A DNA stretch of 32,000 nucleotides from Neisseriaceae bacterium B1. GTDB taxonomy: Bacteria > Pseudomonadota > Gammaproteobacteria > Burkholderiales > Neisseriaceae. The position numbers and the translations under genes are program-made. The stretch lies in the NCBI GenBank assembly GCA_051414845.1, contig CP183313.1, positions 217,536 to 249,535 on the forward strand. The letters are read 5' to 3'. A model generated the notes under the pieces. It saw nothing but the letters and a program-made list of their open reading frames with translations, was not told where the DNA came from and did not search any database. Shown here one piece after another: positions 18,489-25,416 of the stretch. Each line of letters begins with the position of its first letter. The first letter of the stretch is position 1.

Positions 18489-18782
18489 TTACTTTTTGCC
18501 GATTCGACTCGTAATTTTACTTACGCCAGTCATCGTCACATAAAACGTTAAACCGCCGAGCATGATGTTTAGTGCGGTGCCACCGCCAGCAATATAAAAA
18601 AGTTGCAAAGCATCTTGCGGTGCGCCAGTCAGATTAGCAGTGATTTGATGGCGGAAATTGGCAAAGATGGGCTCAATACCGTTGTAGGTAACCGCGGTAA
18701 TGCCCAATGCAACGAGCAGTTGCGCAATAATGCCTTTAGTGAGCTTACCCAGAGCGGGCAGCAGTGCGGCGAGAAATCTCAT
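18489..18782 (-). CDS. pVI-like minor coat protein candidate (DUF2523-like small membrane protein)
   Basis: 97 aa with hydrophobic segments and a basic C-terminus (SRIGKK), a GGAG RBS, and a position immediately upstream of the zot-like gene, as in other inoviruses. Confidence 0.6.
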   Translation of the reverse strand: MRFLAALLPALGKLTKGIIAQLLVALGITAVTYNGIEPIFANFRHQITANLTGAPQDALQLFYIAGGGTALNIMLGGLTFYVTMTGVSKITSRIGKK

Positions 18783-18863
18783 GGTACGACTCCGTGATAG
18801 GTTTCTGAATGGGATAGGTTTGAAGTGACAGGATAAATAGAAGTTACCGTAGAAACCCGTTAC

Positions 18864-19090
18864 GCATTTTTTTATCCTTTCGTTTCCGCTCTGAGGTTTC
18901 TGGGGTTTCGCGAGTCGAACATTCCGCCTATTTCAGGTAAAGGGGGTATCTGTAACGATTCGTAACAATTCGCTTGGGGCGAATTCTTACAAATCCTTAC
19001 AGAGACTCCCCCTTTACCTGAAATAGGCTACATGTTCTTTGACGCGCACCCCAGAAACCTCAGACCGGCTCCGAAACGATAAAAAAAAGC
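18864..19090. repeat. 227-bp imperfect palindrome (arms ~110 bp, centre cgcTTGGGGcg at ~18977)
   Basis: The left arm gcatttttttatcctttcgtttccgctCTGAGGTTTCTGGGGT..GCCTATTTCAGGTAAAGGGGG..GTAACGATTCGTAACAATTCG aligns with the reverse complement of the right arm (..CGAATTCTTACAAATCCTTAC..CCCCCTTTACCTGAAATAGGC..ACCCCAGAAACCTCAG..gataaaaaaaagc). Confidence 0.8.
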
Positions 19091-19106
19091 TTCACTAGAT
19101 GAAAAT

Positions 19107-19139
19107 GCCCTGCAAGGGGGATTGACCCCCTTGCAGGGC
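19107..19139. repeat. GC-rich perfect hairpin, 14-bp stem and 5-nt loop
   Basis: GCCCTGCAAGGGGG-attga-CCCCCTTGCAGGGC. Confidence 0.85.
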
Positions 19140-19186
19140 AAACCCCATTTCCTAGACACCCACCAAACCGATAGCCCCGAGCAGTC

Positions 19187-19297
19187 CAGAGATTGCAGCA
19201 ATGGACGCCAACAACTGCACCCCATAGGCAGGACGGCAGAGATTGCAGCAATAACACCAGAAACTGCACCCCATAGGCAGGACGGCAGAGATTGCAG
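19187..19297. repeat. Tandem direct repeat, 2.2 units of 49/50 bp
   Basis: CAGAGATTGCAGCAATGGACGCCAACAACTGCACCCCATAGGCAGGACGG (19187-19236), CAGAGATTGCAGCAATAACACCAGAAACTGCACCCCATAGGCAGGACGG (19237-19285), and the partial unit CAGAGATTGCAG (19286-19297). Confidence 0.9.
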
Positions 19298-19304
19298 GAC
19301 GTGG

Positions 19305-20798
19305 TTAGGCGTTGCGTAGGGCTTTGGTGGCAAAGAATGCCACGACCAGCCAAGCTACCGCAATCAGCAGACCGCGGAGCTTGGCTGCCACGTCGCACAC
19401 GTATTCATACGAGAACGCGAAGGTTTTGCTACTTCCAGCAATGGAAATGTCGAAACTCACGGGAGCAGGACAAACGCCGTTATCGGGAAAGATGGTATCG
19501 GGCTTGAAGTGAATATCGACCACTTTTTCAGGTATGCTGAAATTGGGCTCGGATGCGCTCGGTTTGTCGTCGGGCACTTTGTCACAAGCAAGAATGTCGG
19601 GATTTTTCTCACACAGATCTTCTGTGTCAGTCGGCGGTTGCTTGTCGTCGGTCTTATCCTTATCCCTACCAGTATCTGTAGCGGTGTCATCAGCGGTCGC
19701 GGTATCCGGACTGACAGCGGGCGCTTCGGGACTGTTGGGCTTTAGGTCGGGACGAGGGATAATCTCTTCTTCGATTTTACTGTTTTGACCGGGTGCGTCG
19801 GGGTCGTCTACCACTTTCCAACGTGCTTGCTCGGGTTTACCTGTTTCAGGATTGGTGTACGGATTGGATTGGGCAATTTGACCGGGCAATAGATATACTT
19901 TGGGCTCTGACCATGGGAGCGGGTCGTCGCCACCTGCTGCTTCTAACCATTTTTCAATGGCTTTATCCGCTGCTGCTTCGGCTACACCCATGAAGTCGGA
20001 TTCGGTGAAGGGGATTTTGTCCTTGATTGGAATCATTTTAACGGCTACGTCAGTGCCATAAAAATTACCACGAGTACAAGTACCTTGAGCATCATACCCA
20101 TCGGCTGGTTGACCGAACGCATCAACTGTTCGACATTTCTCAATAGCAGCCTGAGAAGCTTCTTGGAAACCTTTCACGAAAGAGGGATTGTAGCATTTGA
20201 GTTCTTTACATAGCGTGTCAAATTCAACATGTGATAAAGCTGCATGGGTTAAACCATTGTATCTTTGCTTTGTCATAATTACTGCATATGTTTCGTTGTC
20301 AGTGACAGTTTTACACATGCCTTGTTCACATTCTTCGGTATAGCCGTTTTCGCGGGCGAGCTCGTCGTAAATAGCATAGGCTTGTCCGACAAAGGGGATG
20401 GATTTGACTAAGCCTTTGGCTAATCCTTTTCCGACTGCTTTGAAGGCGTTCTTGGCGACGGCAGAGGTGACGGCTTTTTTGGGGATGGTTTGGGTTACTG
20501 TGCCTTTGAGTACGTCGGTTGAGACGGCTCCTGTGGTGCCTCTAAGCTTAGGCAAAATTTCAGCTTTCGTAGCATAAGTTGTACCAGTATTGTTATATCT
20601 CACAGTCGCTTCTAGATTTGAATTTTTAGCAATTTTTTCAACTCCATCTTTGTAATATCGATTATGAAGCCTTACTGTGCCATCACTCTGCCTAATTACA
20701 GCATAATCAACCTGCGCAAAAGCAGGAACTGTAAAAAAAAAGCTATACAGCAGAATAATTAAATTCTTTAAATAAACCCCGCGTTGGATGAATAACAT
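19305..20798 (-). CDS. pIII-like adsorption/minor coat protein candidate
   Basis: 497 aa. It has a signal peptide (LIILLYSFFFTVPAFA-QV), Cys-containing N-terminal domains, a Pro/Asp/Thr-rich linker (PDTATADDTATDTGRDKDKTDDKQPPTDTED) and a C-terminal membrane anchor (LLIAVAWLVVAFFATKALRNA). It lies between the coat cluster and the pVI-like gene. Confidence 0.65.
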   Translation of the reverse strand: MLFIQRGVYLKNLIILLYSFFFTVPAFAQVDYAVIRQSDGTVRLHNRYYKDGVEKIAKNSNLEATVRYNNTGTTYATKAEILPKLRGTTGAVSTDVLKGTVTQTIPKKAVTSAVAKNAFKAVGKGLAKGLVKSIPFVGQAYAIYDELARENGYTEECEQGMCKTVTDNETYAVIMTKQRYNGLTHAALSHVEFDTLCKELKCYNPSFVKGFQEASQAAIEKCRTVDAFGQPADGYDAQGTCTRGNFYGTDVAVKMIPIKDKIPFTESDFMGVAEAAADKAIEKWLEAAGGDDPLPWSEPKVYLLPGQIAQSNPYTNPETGKPEQARWKVVDDPDAPGQNSKIEEEIIPRPDLKPNSPEAPAVSPDTATADDTATDTGRDKDKTDDKQPPTDTEDLCEKNPDILACDKVPDDKPSASEPNFSIPEKVVDIHFKPDTIFPDNGVCPAPVSFDISIAGSSKTFAFSYEYVCDVAAKLRGLLIAVAWLVVAFFATKALRNA

Positions 20799-21042
20799 AA
20801 CACTTTTTTTCTTTAAAATTTAAAACAAAAAAAGAATTGTCTGGAAACATCGTTTCAATTTTTTCATCATTGAATTTGGAATAAAAATTCCAAAACCAAT
20901 ATGATTCAACGCATTCAGCAATATTCTTTTTCCTTATCAATTCACGATAAAAAATATAAGCAAAAGGCAAATCACGATACAGATAAGATTGCTGTAATTG
21001 ATACAACTCTTTTTCAGTAATAAACGGATCTAAAGTCTCCAC
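20743..21042 (-). CDS. Hypothetical 99-aa protein in an AT-rich island (GTG start), overlapping the pIII-like start by 56 nt
   Basis: An open frame with an AAGGG RBS-like sequence 9 nt upstream of GTG. The sequence is rich in F, Y, K and E with no recognisable motif. Confidence 0.35.
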   Translation of the reverse strand: METLDPFITEKELYQLQQSYLYRDLPFAYIFYRELIRKKNIAECVESYWFWNFYSKFNDEKIETMFPDNSFFVLNFKEKKCYVIHPTRGLFKEFNYSAV

Positions 21043-21099
21043 AATTAACCCTTTCAGGCAGCCACGCTGCTCTCTGTTAAAAAGGGTTAATCTACCACA

Positions 21100-21174
21100 T
21101 CACACGCTCAGCAGGAAGCACGCAATCATCGCAACCGCACCGAAACCCAATAAAAACCAAAAGTCAATTATCAT
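21100..21174 (-). CDS. Candidate 24-aa hydrophobic peptide (pVII/pIX-like size), not in the ORF track
   Basis: ATGATAATTGAC... encodes MIIDFWFLLGFGAVAMIACFLLSV followed by a stop. The ATG overlaps the last codons of the 103-aa ORF. Confidence 0.3.
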   Translation of the reverse strand: MIIDFWFLLGFGAVAMIACFLLSV

Positions 21175-21475
21175 CACTTGCCCCTACTGCGTTCATAGAT
21201 TTAATGAGATTTATCGCTGCTTTAAAGCCAAAAATAAAAACGGCAATCATCACGAGCATACTGCCCATTTGCGCCCCATTTTGAATTTGTTGCATGATGT
21301 CGCATTGCGGATGTGTGAGCTCAATTTTGTGTTGGTTTAAATACCAGCCATCGTCTTTTCGGACTGGACGGATAAGCTGCCCGTCGGCAGTGATAGTAGG
21401 GGGCATAGTGGACAAGATTAAGTCGTCTGCTTCGGTTTGTGTTGATACGCATTGAATGCCTACGCGATATGCCAT
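21164..21475 (-). CDS. Hypothetical phage membrane protein (C-terminal TM segment)
   Basis: 103 aa with a GGGGG RBS and the TM segment MLVMIAVFIFGFKAAINLI. It directly follows the major coat gene. Confidence 0.55.
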   Translation of the reverse strand: MAYRVGIQCVSTQTEADDLILSTMPPTITADGQLIRPVRKDDGWYLNQHKIELTHPQCDIMQQIQNGAQMGSMLVMIAVFIFGFKAAINLIKSMNAVGASDDN

Positions 21476-21493
21476 ATTGCCCCCTTTTTGGTA

Positions 21494-21751
21494 TTACTTA
21501 ACGGTTTTAATCATACTCCAAGCCAATTTAATGCCTTGGACTGCAACGATTACTGTTATGGACGCCATGCCAATGGCAGATACCAATACAATCATGCCTG
21601 AAATGGCATCTGCTACTTTTGTACCAATGTCTTCAAGTGATGCTGCTGCGTTTGCACCTGTTGCAACTGCGATTAAACTTGTAGCAACGGTGGCTTTTAA
21701 AATCGCTTCGTTGGTATTGAAGCCTTTTACTTTTTGCATGATTTTATTCAT
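21494..21751 (-). CDS. Major coat protein (pVIII-like) precursor
   Basis: 85 aa. A leader ending ..ATGANA-AA is followed by an acidic N-terminus (SLEDIGTKVAD), a hydrophobic core (MIVLVSAIGMASITVIVAV) and a basic C-terminus (KLAWSMIKTVK). There is an AGGAGA RBS. Confidence 0.8.
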   Translation of the reverse strand: MNKIMQKVKGFNTNEAILKATVATSLIAVATGANAAASLEDIGTKVADAISGMIVLVSAIGMASITVIVAVQGIKLAWSMIKTVK

Positions 21752-21837
21752 GACTTGTCTCCTAAAAATTAATGAAATGGGCGTGTCTCAAGGGGCTTTA
21801 CCGCCACGCCCGAACGGTAAACTTTATGTGCTTTGCA

Positions 21838-21924
21838 TTAGCTTAAAAGGATGTACATGCTGCCTAGAAATAGAAATAGGCAGATGACAAATGCTACGCC
21901 CAATTGCGTCAATGTGAATCTCAT
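21838..21924 (-). CDS. Candidate 28-aa hydrophobic peptide (pVII/pIX-like), not in the ORF track
   Basis: MRFTLTQLGVAFVICLFLFLGSMYILLS. Its ATG overlaps the TGA of the upstream 68-aa ORF as ATGA (translational coupling), and it lies just upstream of the major coat gene. Confidence 0.4.
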   Translation of the reverse strand: MRFTLTQLGVAFVICLFLFLGSMYILLS

Positions 21925-22127
21925 TGCATTTCCTTTTCTGATAGATAAAAACCGAAAATTAAGATGTCTTGTCCGTCCATTTCATCCAGCGCAGTTTCTA
22001 AGGCTGCCTGATAGTCGGTAAAGTAGCCGGCTTGATTGACGAGCGTGCAGGTTTCTACGCTGCCGATGCCGTCAGGTTTAAGAAATTCGCCTGTGTCGCG
22101 ATTTTGGACGATGTACACTTTATGCAT
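21921..22127 (-). CDS. Hypothetical phage protein, 68 aa
   Basis: An open frame with plausible RBS spacing, co-directional within the phage core operon. Confidence 0.5.
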   Translation of the reverse strand: MHKVYIVQNRDTGEFLKPDGIGSVETCTLVNQAGYFTDYQAALETALDEMDGQDILIFGFYLSEKEMQ

Positions 22128-22142
22128 GGTGTACCTGCTTTC

Positions 22143-22475
22143 TTATTTGTCGCCTTTGTCGTTGGGCGTTGGTTTGTTTGCTGTGCTATCCAATACGCGA
22201 ACGGCGGTTACGTTGAGTTTTTGCGTTTTACCGTTGGTGGTGATTTGCACGTTTAATTCCGCCATAAAGGGGAAGTTTTGTTTGGCGATGTGGTCGTAGT
22301 TGCTACTGTCGCCGTAGCGGTATTCGGACACGGTTTCGCCTTTGGCGTTACCTGTGCTTTCGTCCATCGGTGTCAAACAAATAAGTTTGGTGTTGTCGTA
22401 CTCGGGTCCGTTGGCATCTGGACGTCCTTTGTATTTTTTGGCACCAACGACTTTGACTTGAATTTTCATTTCCAT
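22143..22475 (-). CDS. Putative ssDNA-binding protein (gV analogue, assigned by size and position)
   Basis: 110 aa from ATG 22475 (AGGAG RBS 8 nt upstream). It is beta-rich and lies immediately downstream of Rep. The track ORF start at 22532 is rejected. Confidence 0.45.
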   Translation of the reverse strand: MEMKIQVKVVGAKKYKGRPDANGPEYDNTKLICLTPMDESTGNAKGETVSEYRYGDSSNYDHIAKQNFPFMAELNVQITTNGKTQKLNVTAVRVLDSTANKPTPNDKGDK

Positions 22476-22541
22476 GTTTACTGCTCCTATATGATTTAAA
22501 AAGGTACGACGATTACAGTGGCAGTCGCACAAGCCACATTC

Positions 22542-23849
22542 TTAAACTTGATTTGCCCAGTCGGGAACTTGGACGCTTTGGGCAATATGGTCGATTTCGG
22601 TAAACAGCATTTCGCGCACATAATCAAACGGTACGCCTGCTTCTTTGCGTTTGTTTTTACTCCACTGATACGCTGCCCATAAAAAGGCTTCGTCGCGTTC
22701 GTGTTGCTCGTTTACAGCGCGTTGATAGTCTTGGTCTAGCTTGGTTTCAGGCGGGATTTCGCTTTGTTGCTGATGTAGGTAAACAGTTTCATCCAGTTCT
22801 ACAGCCACAGCAGCAGCACATAAGCCTTTGGGTAAGCGGTCGTGGTCGGGTTTTAAACGCGCCCAGATTTCGGCTTCGGTTAAGTTCGGAAAGTAGGATT
22901 TGTACATATTCCATACGCCGCCAAAGGCGGTTTTTGCCCAGCTCTCTACTTTGTCTATGGTTTTTTCTACTTGTACGCGATGGCTTTTAATGCGGTCGGC
23001 TTTTTGCGTAAATTGCGCACAAATCGGATACACTCCACCAAAGTATTTGCCTGGCTCGCTTAAAATGTCGGTCGTGATGTGCATGTCACGGTTGCGAAAT
23101 TCGATTTCAAAACGAACCCATGGACTGTTTTTATCGCCCAGTTGTTTGCCTTTTTCATAAATTCGAACGTATTTTGCGCAATTGCGTGAGCCGATATAGA
23201 GTGTTCGCCCTGAACCGACTTCAAACAGTCGATTGCCGTTCTCATCAAAGGCGTTCCAATCACTGCCTACTTTATTCATTTTGGGACGGCGATTGGTCCA
23301 ACTGAAAGCGCCATCAAAATAGGCTTGTTCCATGCTGCCTAAATCAAATAGGCTGCCTGAAAGGTCGTCTATGGTTAAATCGGCGCGAGTAATGCGCGGA
23401 TTGATGGCTTCATCTAAAAATGGTTTTAAGCGTAGCTCCCAGCCCATTAAGGCTGCCTTACAACCTGCTGCGGTTAATTCCACGCATACCGAACCTTTTT
23501 GACTTTTACCGCCATAATGCACTTTGCCGTATAGGATTTCTTCTGTGCCCATTAAGTAACAATGCTCATAAAAGCGGTTACCGCTGGTTTTGGCTTTTTT
23601 CCAGAGCCCGAAACCGAAGATGTCCGCCAGTTGCTCGCTTAATACGCGCATAAAGTCTAATTCGCCTTTGAGTGGGCTTTCGGATAAGGCTTGCAGGGTA
23701 TCTTGATGGAACGTGAATGAAATTTGGTCTATGAATGCTGCATCATCAACGCCACGACGTAGCGGTACTTCTACGACTCTGCCTGTTTCAGTCATAATCA
23801 CTTGAGTGTAATGCTGTGCATTCGGTTTGATGGATTCAGTGCTTTTCAT
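22542..23849 (-). CDS. Rolling-circle replication initiation protein (Rep_trans / phage replication initiation factor family)
   Basis: 435 aa containing ..RITRADLTIDD.., ..GRTLYIGSRNCAKYVRIYEKG.. and ..WVRFEIEFRN.., which resemble the conserved blocks of the Rep_trans family as found in Neisseria filamentous prophages. It has an AAGGGG RBS and contains the only perfect DUS 12-mer in the prophage (23350-23361). Confidence 0.88.
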   Translation of the reverse strand: MKSTESIKPNAQHYTQVIMTETGRVVEVPLRRGVDDAAFIDQISFTFHQDTLQALSESPLKGELDFMRVLSEQLADIFGFGLWKKAKTSGNRFYEHCYLMGTEEILYGKVHYGGKSQKGSVCVELTAAGCKAALMGWELRLKPFLDEAINPRITRADLTIDDLSGSLFDLGSMEQAYFDGAFSWTNRRPKMNKVGSDWNAFDENGNRLFEVGSGRTLYIGSRNCAKYVRIYEKGKQLGDKNSPWVRFEIEFRNRDMHITTDILSEPGKYFGGVYPICAQFTQKADRIKSHRVQVEKTIDKVESWAKTAFGGVWNMYKSYFPNLTEAEIWARLKPDHDRLPKGLCAAAVAVELDETVYLHQQQSEIPPETKLDQDYQRAVNEQHERDEAFLWAAYQWSKNKRKEAGVPFDYVREMLFTEIDHIAQSVQVPDWANQV

Positions 23850-23907
23850 TCGTTCGCCCCTTGTGGTTTTAAATTACGGCTGCGCCGTCCTTTTCGTTCT
23901 TCCCCTA

Positions 23908-24228
23908 TTAGCCGTGGGGGTCGGCATTGACGGCGCAAGACGTGGCTGCTGTGTCAGCATGACTGCTTGCCACCGCAGCCACGTCTTGCGCCTGAAATTG
24001 CATACTGCTGTCATAAAGCAGAACAATCGGTAAGGACGTGCCGTATTGGGTTTGCAATGCAAATGCGCTGGCAATGATGCGTTGTAGGTCGGTATCAAAG
24101 CCGATGTCTTCGTGCATCCAGTCTTTGAAGTTGGTTTTGTAAAGGCATAAGCGGTAGCCATGTTCATGCCGTGTGATGCGGTAGTGGCTGAGTGCGGTGT
24201 TGCCTTGGTTGGTGCTGAGTAACTTCAT
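23908..24228 (-). CDS. Hypothetical phage protein, 106 aa
   Basis: An open frame upstream of rep, co-directional. Confidence 0.45.
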   Translation of the reverse strand: MKLLSTNQGNTALSHYRITRHEHGYRLCLYKTNFKDWMHEDIGFDTDLQRIIASAFALQTQYGTSLPIVLLYDSSMQFQAQDVAAVASSHADTAATSCAVNADPHG

Positions 24229-24314
24229 TTTTATTTCGCTACTTTCGTTTGCGTAGGTAATAAAATAGGGTTTTAACGAGCTCGCGGATTAGAGCGTTGA
24301 GAAAAACGTTCATT

Positions 24315-24527
24315 TCAGGATTGCTTAAAAAGTTTATCTTTCATGATTCGATACCATTGCAATGCTTCTAACCCCGACGTACCGAAATCCTTTAAAATTT
24401 TTTCGTCGCTGAAAGTGTGAATTTCAAACATAGCAATGGCTCTTAATCCATGTTCGCCATAATGCTTTTTAATCACGCTTAAATAGGCTTCTCTTAAGTC
24501 GTCTTTGAATTGTTGTTCATGTTTCAT
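24315..24527 (-). CDS. Hypothetical phage protein, 70 aa
   Basis: An open frame, co-directional. Confidence 0.45.
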   Translation of the reverse strand: MKHEQQFKDDLREAYLSVIKKHYGEHGLRAIAMFEIHTFSDEKILKDFGTSGLEALQWYRIMKDKLFKQS

Positions 24528-24585
24528 TTTTCAGGCTGCCTTAATAATTCGTTGAGTATGCCAATCTCGCCTATCGCTTGTGCAA

Positions 24586-24867
24586 TTAGCGCGATGTGGG
24601 CTTTTTTAAGGCTTGCTCTTGCGCTGCTTGGTTTTGTCTTGCGATTTCACGCCAGCTTACTTTTTTGTAGTCTATGGCGTTTTCAAATTGGTTTAGGTGT
24701 TTGTCTTCAAAGGCTGCGATTTTTTCCAGTGCTTCAGGTAGGGTTTGGCAGATGTGCATTTCGCTTTTGTCAGGCAAACCGTTTTTTATGGTAAGCAGGG
24801 ATACGCGGTAGTTTTGCGTTTCGGGATTGCGTCTAATCTGTACGTTTAAATCTTGGTTGTTTGACAT
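24586..24867 (-). CDS. Hypothetical phage protein, 93 aa
   Basis: An open frame whose start overlaps the end of the upstream ORF by 22 nt. Confidence 0.45.
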   Translation of the reverse strand: MSNNQDLNVQIRRNPETQNYRVSLLTIKNGLPDKSEMHICQTLPEALEKIAAFEDKHLNQFENAIDYKKVSWREIARQNQAAQEQALKKPTSR

Positions 24868-25151
24868 GGCATAATCCCTTTTTTTAAAAAATTTATTATG
24901 TGTTCTGCCATTTGCTCTATTTCAGTTTCCGTGGCGTCATTTGATAAATTTAAGGTTAAGAGTAAATCTGTTCCTATTCGTTTTGTCTTCGAACGAATAA
25001 AGTTGATTTCAATCACTTCTGCGTATGTGAAGCTGTTTACAGTTATTAGATACTGCTCATCAATTAACTTTTCGCCCCAAATGGTTTCTATTTGATATTC
25101 TGGATTTTTATCCTTTAGGCGTTGCTTGATTGTTGATTTCGTGAATGTCAT
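24846..25151 (-). CDS. Hypothetical protein, 101 aa (AT-rich island)
   Basis: ATG 25151 lies one nucleotide after the stop of the upstream ORF (TAAaATG). Confidence 0.45.
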   Translation of the reverse strand: MTFTKSTIKQRLKDKNPEYQIETIWGEKLIDEQYLITVNSFTYAEVIEINFIRSKTKRIGTDLLLTLNLSNDATETEIEQMAEHIINFLKKGIMPCQTTKI

Positions 25152-25152
25152 T

Positions 25153-25413
25153 TTAAAAACCCTTTGCACTTGTTGAAAAATAGTCTGTAGAATTAATTAA
25201 ATATTCTTCATAACGGCGATTTAATTCTTCAAAAGTGCTATCGTGAGCATCGATTGTTCTAAAATGACCAGCTTTAAAACATTCATAGCCATGAATTAAT
25301 GAATTAATTAAGATTTGACCCTTATAATTCGAGATTTCATAATTTGCGTTTAAAAGAGAAAGTTTTGAATCGATTTCGCTTAATTGAGCAGAATTTAATT
25401 TTTGATTTGACAT
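25153..25413 (-). CDS. Hypothetical protein, 86 aa (AT-rich island), first gene of the prophage transcription unit
   Basis: ATG 25413 is preceded by a CAAGGGG RBS that is part of a hairpin stem. Confidence 0.45.
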   Translation of the reverse strand: MSNQKLNSAQLSEIDSKLSLLNANYEISNYKGQILINSLIHGYECFKAGHFRTIDAHDSTFEELNRRYEEYLINSTDYFSTSAKGF

Positions 25414-25416
25414 GTT

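Noticed and set aside
18895-18925. tRNA-like GTTCGA-containing stretch (minus strand ..GGAATGTTCGACTCGCG..)
   Set aside because: No T-stem complementarity, acceptor stem or anticodon arm can be drawn. It is part of the left arm of the 227-bp palindrome.
19187-19297. Possible mini-CRISPR array
   Set aside because: There are only 2.2 units, and the variable segments are ~10-12 nt, far too short for spacers. No cas genes or leader are present, so it is better described as a 49/50-bp tandem repeat.
19028-19398. 101-aa and 112-aa minus-strand ORFs across the hairpin and tandem-repeat block
   Set aside because: Their translations are Cys/Trp/Pro-rich and simply echo the DNA repeats. They overlap the pIII-like 3' end, and neither has an RBS.
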